DNA of 62,893 nucleotides, filler included, from Choristocarpus tenellus KU-1152 (Eukaryota; Protista; Phaeophyceae), in the NCBI GenBank assembly GCA_964200185.2. It is 11 parts of 11 records of this genome, joined end to end, with 100 filler letters (N's around TTAATTAATTAA, not from the genome) between each part and the next. Parts side by side here need not be neighbours in the genome. Positions count along the whole stretch, not along the records: positions 44,084 to 47,740 come from CAXNAD020018681.1; positions 47,841 to 57,569 come from CAXNAD020003449.1; positions 57,670 to 62,893 come from CAXNAD020011443.1; 8 more parts are not named here. One strand, given 5' to 3'. The notes beneath the pieces are model-generated. The model saw nothing but the letters and a program-made list of their open reading frames with translations, searched no databases and had not been told where the DNA came from. Made by a program: the position numbers and the translations under genes. This document shows positions 45,588 through 59,165 of this stretch, piece after piece. Numbering within the stretch: the stretch's first letter is position 1; each line of letters starts with the position of its first letter.

Positions 45588-48357
45588 CGAGGGTGGAGTT
45601 GAAGAGGGGAAGGGGCAGGTTCACATATATTTGCCACAGCAGTGGTGCCCGTTTCCCCGTTAATATTAGCCAGAGTATCTTGTATTTCTTGCAGAGGCTT
45701 TTATGTTGTTGCTTCTGTTTTGACTCGGTATTTTTATTTTTGTTTGTTGACCTGTGGAGACAAAAATATTAATATAGTAAGAATTTTTTTTTTGCTTCTA
45801 ATCGGGAATTATCATAGTAAGAAAAAAGGCTGAAATTTCTTGCTGGTGGCGATGATAGATAGTCACTGGGGGTTCGTGTCGAGGTCTTTTGAGAAGAAGC
45901 GTTGACTCTCCAGCGGTGAGAACAAAACAAATAAATGAGAAGAGTTGGAAAAATATTTTTCAACATTGTACAATAAAAGAGCATTTTTAAATTAAACTTA
46001 ATAGTGAAGGCCGAGAGATGCATTGGGGAAGGAGGTGTGAATCCCTGACTGGAATGCACTCGACTGCACAAGGTGGAGCTTGCTTCCACAGCCAGAAAAG
46101 GAAATTCTGTGCATCCGAAGCTTGAAAGCTGGTCCAATTGACGTGGTGACCTATCATCAATTAGGTGACACAACAGAGCAAGAATCAAGGAGGTCCCTCC
46201 CACAACATAGGACGGAGATCAGACTGAGGATTAACCTGCAAAGCTAGATTGTAGTTAGTAGTCGGGTAGATGAGTAAAAGACCCTTGGCAAGACCCTTGG
46301 ACTGAGTTATCCTAGTAGAAGACAATAGCCCACTTGTTGTCCACAGTAACAAATAGCGATGGTATCTAATAGTGTCAAGTAGTAGTATTGCGTTCCACCT
46401 CAGGCAGATGATGGGGGGGTTTTCTTTAGTAGGGGAACATGGAAACATGGAGCAACTTTGGTTTAGACAGTTGTTGATCTCCACTCTCTAGTGTACAATA
46501 TGCATATTATACTCAGTAACTATTAACGTAATCGTGGCTATTCGGATTATAATGCTTATTATGTAATGGACAAGAATTTCCTTCAACGAAAGGGAATTAA
46601 ATGAAATGTTGTGAACCGAAAACAATTTATGGAAAAAATAAAATCGGAGATGAAAATTTCGATCAACTAGATCGGAATTTCCTCTCACTGATATAATTAG
46701 TGTTACGACCTACAAACTGAAAAGAGAGGGCGATTAAGATTTGGTAAGATTGGTCACCGCATACAACACTTTCCGACTTCTCCCATTGGTGAAGCGAAGT
46801 GGAGAACCCTGTGCCTTTTTTGCGTTATAATAAGGGGTTTTCGCGACACACAATCCAGGACAAGCATCTCGAAAAGCACTTCTTCTTATCTCTCTTCTTG
46901 CAGACTCCATGGGTTGGGGCTGACTGGTTGTCAAAGCTCATTGGCATGTTCCTCTAACACGATGCGGTCTATACTGAAATCGCCCCACAAAAAAAAATCG
47001 TAAAACGATGAATTCCTGAGCTTGACTTGTATAATCTACTCGACTGCGAAAAGATTGAAAAAAAGGTCTTCGGTTTTGTCTTGGCTTGGCAGGGGCGTAT
47101 GCGCCCTTGGCAGGCTTTTTCGGCCTCTTAAAATGATTGTTGACAAAACAGTTGTAACTACACAAGAGCTATTTAACTCTAGATAGTTACAGCGACCTTG
47201 TACACCTACCTAATTACTTTTCGTAAGGTAAAACAGTGTATTGTCGAAGTAGTTCTCTTCTCCTCTACCTACCTCTTGAACATGGACAGGATTGGAACCC
47301 CACAACCTCATAATAATAATGCACAGAAATTAAAAAAATAGCACTCTTAAATAATACTTACAGGTATTATTATAGTAGTGTATATAAGATTATCTCTGAA
47401 GACTAGAAAACTGGAGGACTGAATGCACTCTCTTGTCTTGAGATAGGGTGTAATATGACTCTCTTCACTACGGAGACGTTGCCTGAGGTCAGCGCACATT
47501 GAATTTTTGACAGCAGATAGATGTTACCCTGGCGATCACAGTGCCCAACTAGATCCACAGTCAAATCAGACGGTAAAAACAAGTACTTTCCATACATTGT
47601 CGCAACACCTTGAGGCATATTTGTTGTCCAACCACAACCACAATGTAAGCCTCCTATCATTTACAACTCACAACCATTATCTTAACCATTTCAAAGTAGT
47701 AATGGAGTTCACTTCACCAATGAGGCCTCTAGGGGGGGAANNNNNNNNNNNNNNNNNNNNNNNNNNNNNNNNNNNNNNNNNNNNTTAATTAATTAANNNN
47801 NNNNNNNNNNNNNNNNNNNNNNNNNNNNNNNNNNNNNNNNCCGATCCCTTCCCCCCCCCCCCCCCCACACACACACCAACCTTCTGATGCGCCCTTTTTG
47901 TTGCTAAACGGTCTTGTATCAGTGACAAGTATCTATAGAAGTGTGATTTTTCCACATAATGATACTTGCTGCGGCTCTGATGATCTCATCCTCTCTTGGA
48001 TGTGTTTTGATTTGAGTCATGTTCGGGTACAATTTATTTTGCGTGCTTTGGAGCTTGATATATATATATATATATTTGCACTGTGTTCATTTGCCTTTGG
48101 CTTGCAAAATATGCAGTTTTTCTGGATGGGATTCTAACCACGACACTGTCCCTACAGGATAACCTTTGTCTTCAAGGCATGCGCACTCATTTTTATCATG
48201 TTGGCATGAAATATCAGCTTTTGTTTACTCCTACCACCTGTATCACCTCCTCATTTCCCCCCCCATCCCCCTTCTTTGCCTGATGACTTGTCCACCTCTA
48301 TTGCTCTGTACCTTTTTACCTCTCCCAAAATCTCTTGTGTTGGTGTGTGTATTGCAG

Positions 48358-48549
48358 GTCTTGGAGCGTTACATCCCTACAGCAGCAGCATTTGGGGGTA
48401 TGTGTATTGGGGCACTCACCGTGGTGGCTGACTTCCTCGGGGCTATTGGCTCTGGCACAGGTATCCTCCTTGCCGTGACCATCATCTACCAGTATTATGA
48501 GATGTTCTCCAAGGAGCAGGGGGAGGCAATGGGGGGGCTTGGATTCTGA
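48358..48549 (+). CDS. SEC61A: Protein transport protein Sec61 alpha, last exon
   Basis: [50 protein letters not shown] is the highly conserved Sec61-alpha C-terminus. Confidence 0.97.
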   Translation, partial: VLERYIPTAAAFGGMCIGALTVVADFLGAIGSGTGILLAVTIIYQYYEMFSKEQGEAMGGLGF

Positions 48550-50341
48550 GAGGGGTGATATAGAAGATGAGGAACAAGAGACCTTGCCATACGCTCACTG
48601 TATTTGCTTCCTCAAAATGGGTTTGTTGAACTTAGGAAGGGTGACTGTTTGGGGGTGGAGTCTGGGGGGGAGGTCCTGACTGAAGTTGACAGAGTATTGA
48701 TTGGTAACTGCAAATATGGCAAGGATTTGAGGAGAAGCTGCATGTTGAAGCCTCACTGGGTTCGAGGGGGGGGTGGAGTTTTGTGTGCCTGTGCGAGCCT
48801 ATCCATGTTGTTTTGAGATGGGATCTGTTTTGTTTTTGGTCATCCTTTGGGGCTGTTGCTTCTACTAGAGCTGGGTGATGGTTAGTGGGAGAGACATTGT
48901 TTACTATAGGTGATTTGATGAGGCGCAAGTGCTGTTGATTGATTATGACTCTGCAGGTCCACCACATAACAAAATGATGAAAGAAACGATCCTTTTTTTC
49001 TGAAGGCCTTGAAGAATGGGATGAGATGATGACAGGTGTACTCTCTGTATATTGATGGATAGTTCTTGGATCCTAATGATGTGTAAACACCCATCCCTTT
49101 TCATTCATGATTCTCCTGTCTTGATGGTAAACATGTGTGAGACAAAGGTTTTGTCTGTTTATTCTCTATGGGGGCAATCCTCTCCGTTGTATCTTTTCCT
49201 GACAACTGAATGGGATGGAGTAGGGTTGTCTTCCTTTGTAGAACCTTCTGCTATACAAGATGTATCATAAAGATGATTGATGTGCATCAGTGATGATTGA
49301 TAAGAGCTGATCCAACTGAAGAGGAGTAATGCATCACTCACATGGAAAACCCTTCGTAAAGGTGTTGTGAATTGGAAAGATACGTGAGTATCAATGAGAA
49401 ATCTTCCTGTGTACTTGATTGGAATCGATTGGTGCATGCAGCTCAGGAAGAAAAGTGTCAAGTACCATGAGGAAATTTCAACAGGAAAAGCTTACATGTG
49501 AAAAAGTAGCAAATCAATCCAACCCTTTGATTTTTGGTGGTTACACGTGATTTAATTGAATCAGGCGATGCAATTTGTACGATTTGCTGAGTCAGGTTAC
49601 ACTGCAAGTCTCACTACAGTTTTTGTTGTTGCAAGTACTGCATTTTGATGGTCATCTTGTCTTGATGTTTAGTGTTGCGATTATTTTCTTGGCATCCTTG
49701 AGTTCGAATCTCACCGTGTCACCAGTGAGATTCGAACGGAATGTGTGATCCGGAGGTGGTTTTGTTTGCTGAGACAAGGGCTGTGAAGGGAATCAATAGG
49801 TGAGAAATGTCCATGACAGACCATAACCTGGAGGATAGGTGAACGTTAGAAAAGCATTGGTGCACACAGAATGAGGAGTGGACATGGGGGTGAGTACCCA
49901 AGAGGTTACTTTTATTGCTTGGAAGTGGTTTTCTTATGTACTACACATGCTACACAGTTTTTTCTCAACACTTTTGAAACTTGACTGATGAGCAGGGGGG
50001 TGACAAATATGTAACTTTTTTTAAACAAGTGAGTCACATGCGATAAGCAGTTGCTGATTGCTGTACTCTCCTCTAAGGGGTAACTGTGGTGTCAGGTAGG
50101 ATAATTATTAAAAGTCCTATACTCTCAAATGAGGCGTAAATGTACCCCCTCTCAATGCCGGATATCTCTTTGTGTTTCTACTTGAGGAGCACACACAACA
50201 GCTACTGCTGTTGCTACTCTCACTGAGTAGCTGTTCAGCCGCTCCGTGTCCAACACTATCCACAACAGCCTTTCTATCTGCAGCAAGGCGTTCCATTTAT
50301 TCCGCGTTCGACTAGTAGTATTATTTATTATTTTATATGCA

Positions 50342-53300
50342 TCAGCCGCTGAAAGTGGAAAAGCACCTCCCATCCCCCGTATCGACCATGAGAGACTCAA
50401 ACTTGGCTTCAAGTGAAGAGGAGATCACACCACCAGAGGAGATCTTACCACCAGAGGAGATCTTACCACCAGAGGAGATCTCACCACCCCTTTGTGCATT
50501 GTTGTGCTTCGTCCACATTCTCTTGGCCCCTCTCTCCACCAGAAGCTTACACAGACGATCACACCTAGTACACAGTAAGTCAGGAGAGAACTGTCCACTC
50601 AATTGTTGATCCTGATGCCACATCCCTTTGCATCTCACTTGCTTGTTCGAATCTTGTACCTCATATTGCTGTTGTATTGCCTCCAACTCTTGCCCATGAT
50701 TTATTATTAATAGGTTCTGATCCTTTCCTGTTGACTTCATTCTGTTCTCCAGCGTCAGTTTCTGACCCAACCCTGTACCTTTGTCCCAGGGCACTGGTTT
50801 CACCCACCCCTCCTTTATTGATGTTGGGGTTTTTTTCTTGATCTCCGTGGCTATCAACTTCGTTGTTAATACAGAGTTAACGCAGTTGTTGTTGATCTTA
50901 CTTGCAGGTGTCTCAAGTGGTCTCTTTTCTTCCTGGTGTAGTGAGCTGTTATTTGTCATGGCTCTTTCAGCCAGGTTGAGCGGCATGACATCATCCTGGT
51001 TGACCATAGTCGAGAGTGAGTATTGGAGGAGATGATGGGGAGGGGAGGTAGAGATGGCAGGGAGGACTTGATAAAATAGAAGAGAAGATGAGCAGTTATG
51101 TAAATTCGATCTTCCTTGCACAAAACATATTAGTTCATTTGGGTTACGAGCAAATAGGATGTGAGAGTGTAGGGATAAGCTTCACAAGAAGAAAATGATA
51201 GTGTTAGAAAACAGAACATGGTGGGGTGGGGGTGTTCAGAGGAAGAACGAGTTGATGGTCTAGCAAAGGTAAGGTGTGTGTGTGTGTGTGTGTGTGTGTG
51301 CATGCTTGTGGTTGGTGACTGGGTGAAAGCAACACAGCGGGCTGAACAGGTCCCCACAGAGAGGTATTGCGCCAAATGATTATGTTGATTCCACATCATT
51401 GTATGAGAAAATCACTTTTATGGAAGAAAAGAGGAAAGGGAATTGTTGGCAAATTTGGAAGTTACACTGAGCTGAGCTTATGAAAAGGTGGATACCTTAG
51501 CTACAGCATTGATGTCAGCACCCAGCACCAACAGCATTTTTACTGCCTCATATAGTCCCTGCTCTACTGCGATATGTAGAGGAGTGAAGAAGTCTGGGTT
51601 TCGCTGCCATGGGTTGTTGGTCAGTCAAGGATGGTATGTTAATGGTGGGATTAGGGTGGTTGAGGATCGATCTCACATTGCCCCCAAAATGAGAGACTTG
51701 GCTGTGAGAGGCTACCTGGTCGGTATTGAGAAGTCGAGTGCTGGGTGTTCAAAAATGCTGTATTCTTGTTGGTCATGTTGTTCAGAAAATCAACAGGGAA
51801 GGGGTGGGATGGGGTAGATGGTAGAAGGTAGAAGAGAGTAGATCTACTTCAACCTGAGAGGTGAGCTGTATTTGCTTGGGACTAAATATATGTCATAAAA
51901 TAAACTCCAGAGTACAAGTAAAAATACTGTATGCACATATACTGCACAAAACATACTCCATACACATACAAGAAAATAAACATGTATTTTGCAATGTAGC
52001 CAGTACATCACATCATGAGCTGTACTCCAAGTAAACTATCAGTCCATCATTTTCTTCACATCACACTTAATTTAATGACTTGAAGTAATCAGCACTCCAG
52101 AATAGTGAGCCAAAGTGAACGAGAGATACCCAGGTTTTGATCGTTTGCATTCTAAGTCAGTTTTTCAATCTTTTTCAGTTGATCCATATTTTTATGGACG
52201 AAGTGCTAAGTTTGCCCTACGAGAGTGTTGATTTCTCCATTGTTTGAAACGTTTTCGACAAAATTGTAAAAATCGTCCTACACGCATTTTGCATAAAAAG
52301 TCGAATTTTGCACATATTTGTCTGCATCCTTGAAATACTACCATCACGGGCACCTCTCGCTTAGTTTGACTCACTGATGATGGAACCAGGAGCAAGGTTG
52401 TAAGGCAGATATGGGCAGTTTCAGTCCCTACGGCACCTCACTGGCTACATGTCTGGACAAAACGTATTCCACCAGAAAGGGCATGGGTTTCATTCATGTT
52501 AGCTGTGTGTGGCGTGTGACTGCTCTTCCTAATCCTGGTTATTGCACATATAGTGCATAGTAGATGCATTATATATGGAGACAGCACATGTGCAGTATAT
52601 ATGGAGTGGTTCCCCTGGTTGTTCGACCCGAAGCATTTTAAGAGGGTAGTCTGCTCAGGGTCATAAACCCGATGTTGCGATTTTGATGAATTTTGGCTGT
52701 TGCGTTTGTTATAGCAAGTGTCAATATCCTTGGTCTGGACACACCCTTCATAGTCGTATACTTTTACCTACTCCGAAACGTTTCAGAGTAGGTAACTGTG
52801 TTCACACAGAAGACCAAAAGAGGGCATAAAAAACCCGTGGGAAGCCAAGCCCTGAATGGATAGACCAAAACTCCTACCCTCTTAAATGCTTTGGGTCTAC
52901 ATCTCTGCCTTGACAAGGGAAAATACACTACAGTAGAAGGTAGTGATACTCTTACTTCCATTGCCATGTACTTGTTACTAAGAAATATTTGTGAGTGCCT
53001 AAACCATTCTCAAGAGCATGGGGTGTGTCCTCGACCACTTTCATCATACTCCTCGTTCCCCTTCACCTCTGTATCACTATTGCAGGCCATCATTGAACAC
53101 ATGGCATGCAGAACAAAAACAACAAAAAATACACTCCGCATCATCCTTCACCTTTTTTTTTACTTTGAGTGCATCAGTAGATATATTTTAGTAACAATTC
53201 AACGGGAATCTCCTTCAAGGTGGTAATGATCGGGAAGGGAGGAAGGAGGCAGGCAAGCGAAACGGGATCGGATTGGACACAGGTGCATCTCCCCTTCCCC

Positions 53301-56046
53301 AACACTGTCCATTCCACACCTGTCCGCTGACAGGAACACCTGCTTCTTTTACAAGGTATTCTAATGAAGGGCAGATGCTCGTCCCTTCGTCCGCTTCATC
53401 CGCACCAGTCACCACCCAGTGAAGGGCCGCCAAACCGTCAAAATGGACATTTAGGCCACGGTCCAACATATATCGCATCTTGTTGACATGGTCAATTCAA
53501 GGTTCATCAGAGATTGAAAAGAGGGAGAGAGACACCAGGAGGAAGCGGATAAGGTACAGCAGTGGTGACAAGGCTGTGCAGGGCAGAAGAAGCAAGATAT
53601 CAATTGAAACAACATAACTAGATCTAAATGTTGATATCTCGAATCAACATAACAGAATCAATGCCAAGATCATGTGCTGTTGGAGGCTTGAGCATCAAAG
53701 TTGTGCTATTCCAATGAAACATCACTTCTGCACAAGGTCTTAGTGATCTATCCTATCTTAAGAGAGGGGTGTTAGTGAGTATTTAAAACCCCTATCACTC
53801 CTTTCTGATACTTGTGCTTTCATCAACCTGAAGGGCAATTTCACACTCATGTAGGCATTCACTCATCTTCTTTTCTACAGCCACAGCCTCCTTCATAAGT
53901 TCATGTGTATTGCAGATATGGAAATGAGGTCTCAGACTGGTGGACTAAAAAGTCCTAAATACTCAAATGGGCCAACATAGATCCCCAGATACATGGGATG
54001 GTTCGGTGGTGGTTTATCACAAATGTGCAAGGCTAACAACATCTATATAAGCAGCTTTCAGGTGAAAGTTCTACCTTCTGTGCTACTACAACGAGGACAC
54101 TTTTCTTTTGGTCAGAGGAATCCAGTAGCTGGTAGTGAAAGGTGTGGAATCCACTGCCATAAATCAGTGAGATAATTGTCGCCAAGACCAGCTATCCTTA
54201 CTAGCCCTTTCCAACAACAAAACGAAACTGAAACAACTTTCTGCTCTGAATTCCTCCTCTCCTCTTACCTCTCTTGCTTGCAAGAAATCATTGCGCCTAA
54301 ATTATCTCCTGCTATTGTCCTGAAACTATCTCCTCTCACCACTGGGACCCGATTCTTCAAGCATGCTTCCCTAAACATTCCCACTGTGAACCAGAAGAGA
54401 AGGTCCTGCTTGGGGCACTCGCTCACCACACGATCCAGGTCTCTGAGCTTACCCTCTCTAGTCCAAGTGGTGCACAGAGATTCGTTGGGGATATGAAACA
54501 CAAGAAAAGCTAGTGATGATGAGTCGGTAATAGAAGGGAGGAAGAGTTAGGAAGATGCTAGAAGCTCTGATAAGGAGGTCACAGACATTGATTTTCATTG
54601 TGGTATCATACTTGCATCCATATCAAGAGTTACACATTTGGTAAGGTGCCCAGCACTACTGCTGTGGGCAATGGCGGTATCGGCAACCTGGTTTTATCTC
54701 AAGGTTGCCCTGTTGTTGTTGGTCCTTACACCTGGTCTATTGCTATGCATAGTAGGATTTCTACAAAATATGGAACCTGTAGTTTTGAATTCCAAGCATG
54801 GCATGTGTTTCGTGCTTGCCTATAGCAATAGGCAGCATTTCGCAGTGGTGGTAGTAAACAGGTGCAAGGTTGTTCCTCATAGCATTTCGCAGTCTCAGCT
54901 GCAGCTACCTCTATGACCTCTTCTACAGGTCATATTTGTTTGCGCTTTGTTACTGGTGGTACCCTATTGTCCACCAACTTAGGACAGGTACTCGTTGTTT
55001 CTTCAGTAGTAGTAGTTGCTTTTGGTGGGAAGGTATTTTGAAGGGTGTATCCATCTGTCGTAACACTGGGTATGGAGTTGCTACGACTATTCCGGGGTGG
55101 AAAGAAGATTCCATCTCTTCTTGCAAATGGTCTGCTTGTGGTTTCATGGATACATGAACATCACTACTTACTACTGGGACTACTTGTTAGGACCAACTAC
55201 TACATTTTCGGAAGGTTCAAAATAGAAAAGGATCTCTCACACTGACTGGAGGGTCACCAAGGCCCTCCACATATTCATACAGGAGTACACATACAAATGT
55301 ATATATATATATACAATATGCTGTCATACATGCATGTTCACATCACATTGACTCGATCGCTGTCAAATTATAATATTAATTCTTCAATACATTCCTGACT
55401 CACCCAGCAAGTTGCACCATGAGATACCCCCGTTTCATGACATAGGTCGTGCCCTTTGGATCAGTGGCCCTTTCATGTTTGACCTGAAATGAGAACATTA
55501 GCAAAAGAAAAGAGGTTAGATGCACTCATTGGGAACACTACTAGTTATTTATGGGGTTAGGTCTCCTCATGTCCTCACCAAGTCCAGTCCAGGTGTTGGA
55601 AGTCAGCAAAAAAAATCCTGTTGTATCTATCTGTTGTATCTATTTGCGACAACACTACCTACCTAGCGTGTACCCCAAGCATACTGCTACCTCCTATCAG
55701 GGCGGTGGCATCAATTATAAGTTTGTAGGGGTCTTTGCTTCAGGAAGTGGTCACAGGTTTCTATGAACCCTTCCTAAAGTCTCGGATCCTCGTGTGCTAC
55801 ATTAGACAAAAATATAAATATTTGCATGCCCAGGCAGAGACAGTATGCTGATACAGTGATGGGCGGTAGAGGCGTGTTCATCCACTCTCATGACCCAAAT
55901 AATGACTGGATCGTTCAACACCCCTCAAGATATCCCAAGTGACGATCATTTGGGCGTACCCGAATCAGCTGAGACTCTATCGATTCAGAAAGAGAAAATC
56001 TGGTCGCTTCATCCCCAGCCCACGCAATGGTAACGCCAGGAACCAT
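50342..56046 (-). CDS. Ankyrin-repeat protein, 6 exons: 56046-55960, 55483-55404, 54457-54340, 53478-53320, 51603-51496, 50995-50342 (~401 aa)
   Basis: Canonical ANK repeat DFFTPLHIAVEQGLYEAVKMLLVLGADINAVAK|DDVMPLNLA; all junctions GT-AG and phase-consistent. Confidence 0.75.
50417..50488. repeat. 18-bp coding tandem repeat, ~4 copies (GGKISS-like in the ankyrin gene's last exon)
   Basis: AGAGGAGATCTTACCACC units. Confidence 0.85.
52625..52897. mobile_element. Degenerate MITE, long subfamily, inside an intron of the ankyrin gene
   Basis: GACCCGAAGCATTTTAAGAGGGTAG...CTACCCTCTTAAATGCTTTGGGTC; interior similar to 58907-59165; no TSD retained. Confidence 0.75.
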
Positions 56047-56715
56047 TGCCAAGACCCTGTAACAAAGAACGTTGGATTAATTTAACAACAACGGTGCTGA
56101 CCTTTCTCCAATTCCCATTGATTTATAGTGAGTCACAAAACATAAATCAAGGGATGTGAAAACTGTTTCAAGAACCCATACTACTATTAAAATATTCGTA
56201 TGTAGTACCCAGAGCTCCAGAGCTTTGTTGGGGCTGTAGAGGTTGGTTATGGGATGATTTGATATTTCTCATGATGAATTCAGGGTTCGTGTTGAGCCGA
56301 CAGACCAGTTTTCTCCTTACAGATGGAAGGTCCAGGAGTGTGGAACCCTATGGATAGAGTTACAACGCAAACGTTGATGCCTTCTCTTCCTCCGGCTCCA
56401 AGAAAGAAGGTGTAGCTAAATCGCGTAGTTTGCAATGAAAATTTCTTATACGTACCCGTTTGGGCTGTTCACGTTTTGTCAACTTTCCGTGCCCAACTCA
56501 TCGTCCCACTCGCTGTTTTCCCAGAATTAAATACCCTTATCATTCGAATTTAGTCTAAATTGCGCAGAGGAATTCCGCCCTTGGATTGAAAACTCCGAAT
56601 ACCTTCTCTCCCTAAGCGTCACCAAAATAGTGAGTATTCCGACTAGCACCTTTTCTCACCACCCTCTGAATGACTTACGCAATATCTATTCCTGGTATGA
56701 TACTGACCTCACACA

Positions 56716-56962
56716 GGAGGATCGACAAGTCGAGGATGACCCTTCTGCGTCTGGGTTGGAGAATTATGAGTTCTTTACTGAGGTGGAAGGTGACAGGGTG
56801 AGGACCAAAAATGGAGAGGCGGAGGAAATTGTCGAGGTTGAGCCCACTCCACCGCAGTGGCTGGGTGGACTCGCTGATGAGACATTCCACAAAATTGGGG
56901 TTGCCAACGACTTGGTCATTATCCAGGGGGCCGATGGAGAGCTCACGTCCTCCAACTTCAAC
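56716..56962 (+). CDS. Exon with a lipin N-terminal-like motif; remaining gene structure unresolved
   Basis: GVANDLVIIQGADGELTSSNFN resembles Lipin_N (GAIDVIVV.QPDGSL.CSPFHV); flanked by CAG acceptor and GTGAG donor. Confidence 0.45.
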
Positions 56963-58262
56963 GTGAGCTTGGACACTGGGGATACTTCAAGCTGAATCTT
57001 TCCATCCGTTCCATTGATCACTACTTTAATACCTAGGTACTCATGCACCCTGAGTTTGACTGCTCTGACTGTCATCCCTTTTTCATATAGCGCTGTCACG
57101 AAATATATCGACCTGTCTGTGTTGACCATGGTAAAATATGGTGGGAATGTCGAGATCGCTCACATTGCAAGCGCTGTCCCAAGCCAGCAAAGACGCAAGG
57201 CAGTACCAGAGGGTCTGGAAGGGGATAGGGCGAGGTACAGTGGAATTGTGGCAGCCAGGTTTACTGCTGATGGATGAAAGTTCAAAAGGGAGAATTAGGT
57301 GGTGTCGTTTTTGCAAGTTTTTGCGTGTCATCTTCACCCATGCAATACAGCTGTTGCGGTCAAGCTCCACTTGCCGATTATGGCATTACTTGTTCTCCTG
57401 ATGGGCAGGGTAACTCTACAAAAGGATGCATGCCTCACATTGACCCAGAATGTCTCTGCCAGTTTTTCTGTGTGAAGTTTTTACCAGGCATCCACCTCTG
57501 TGCCCTTCCACATAACCACTGTTTATGTTCCCATCCCTATTATCCCCAGCCTCGATGTATCCTCCCCTGNNNNNNNNNNNNNNNNNNNNNNNNNNNNNNN
57601 NNNNNNNNNNNNNTTAATTAATTAANNNNNNNNNNNNNNNNNNNNNNNNNNNNNNNNNNNNNNNNNNNNACCTTCCAATACAGGGCAACACGCTCTTTGT
57701 GTGTTTCGACGCTTAACGTACCGATTCGGGAAACAAACTCGTGGTATGGATTGACGCCCCTGAACCGTCACCCAGCTCATTCTGTTACTGTTTAACGATG
57801 TCCTACACCTTCTATAAAAAAAAACAAATCGCTGCTTCGGTGAAGAAGGATGTGTGTGACGTTATTAACGAACCTGTTAACAAGGAAGTTGAGGGCCTTC
57901 ATGGGGATGTTCGAGGCAGCACCTTCGTATTCGACGTCCATCATGGATTGGAGTACAACAGGAGATGTATCACGCCCGTGTCCGAATATGTCGTCGACAG
58001 TGACTCGCTTATTGCATGTGAACATTGTCCCTTCGTTGTGTGCGAGACAAATCATGTCCTGGTGGCTTTTGAGATGGATATCTGTGCCTAATTGAGGGCG
58101 CCCCCCCCTCCTCGTCTTGGATATTAGCATTAGGGGATGATCCTCCAAAAACAAGCCCACCTTTGACGCAGTAAGAGCCTCTGAATGAAGAGAATGCAGG
58201 AGGGAGCGCGTGGGTCCGACATGCGTCGAACTTGACAGTGACATCAAACAAGTAGTCATGGT

Positions 58263-58843
58263 AGGGATTCATGAAATCTCGCACCACTAACATTATAATA
58301 GTACAATGAGTGCGGAACGCAAGGGAAATAACCAATGCAAAAATTGTAAGCAATAGGAGATTGAGTAATAACAGGAGTAAATATGGCAAAAAAAAGTGTG
58401 GCGAACACGAGTAACACCAGCATGCGAGAGATTGGACAATGAAACAAATAAGTACGTACTTGCCGGGGGGGGGAGAGCAAGCGACACAAAAGGGAGTGGA
58501 AGGTATGAAGGACATGAAACAACAAGAGGAGAGTAAAGAATATTGGAATACACAGGGATTCATGGAATCTCGTGCCACTATCATTATAATAGTACAATGA
58601 GTGTCGAATGCAAGGCAAATAATCAATGCAAAAATTGCAAATAATAGGAGATAAAGTAATAATAGGAGAAAATATAGCAAAAAAATGTGGTGAACACGAG
58701 TAATGCCAGCATGCGCGAAAATGGACAATGAGACAAAGAAGTACGTATTTGCCGGGGGCAGAGAGCAAGCGACACAAAAGGAGGTGGAAAGTATGAAGGA
58801 CATGAAACAACATGGGGAAAGTGAAGAATATAGGAATACACAC
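58263..58843. repeat. Diverged tandem duplication, ~291-bp unit, 2 copies
   Basis: AGGGATTCATG.AATCTCG at 58263 and 58554, colinear through both units. Confidence 0.88.
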
Positions 58844-58906
58844 GACCTAATCCTCATCTACTGAACGGTCGCACAATATTCGATCGGCACACTGACGGAA
58901 TGATAA

Positions 58907-59165
58907 GAGCCAAATTATCTTAGAGGGTAGAGTCGCGTCCATTTGGGGGTCAAAATCCAATGTTGCGATTTCGATGTAATTTTGGCTATCGTGTTTGTTA
59001 GGGAGTGTCAGCATCCTTGTTCCCGACCAACCTTTTCACAACATATATTTTCTATCTACTCCAAAATTATTTTGGAGTAGGAAAATGTCTTAAAAACCCT
59101 GAGGGAAGTCAAGCCCCAAATGGACAAACAGGGCAAAACTCGTACCCTCTAAGATACTTTCACTC
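58907..59165. mobile_element. 259-bp MITE, long subfamily
   Basis: GAGCCAAATTATCTTAGAGGGTA...TACCCTCTAAGATACTTTCACTC; reverse-orientation homolog of 30266-30525; flanks ATAA/TAAC are an imperfect TSD. Confidence 0.88.

Noticed and set aside
46701-47159. Solo LTR (TGTTACGAC...GTTGTAACT)
   Set aside because: Right end lacks CA, no TSD, no second copy in the window.
49680-49740. tRNA gene
   Set aside because: Only a T-arm-like half is present; no D arm, anticodon arm or pairing acceptor 5' strand.
54550-55245. Additional exon of the ankyrin gene
   Set aside because: Stops in all frames, and the flanking exons splice in phase without it.
58009-58857. 282-aa hydrophobic ORF as a membrane protein
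   Set aside because: Product of a T-rich strand across a 291-bp tandem duplication; several frames are open; no motif.
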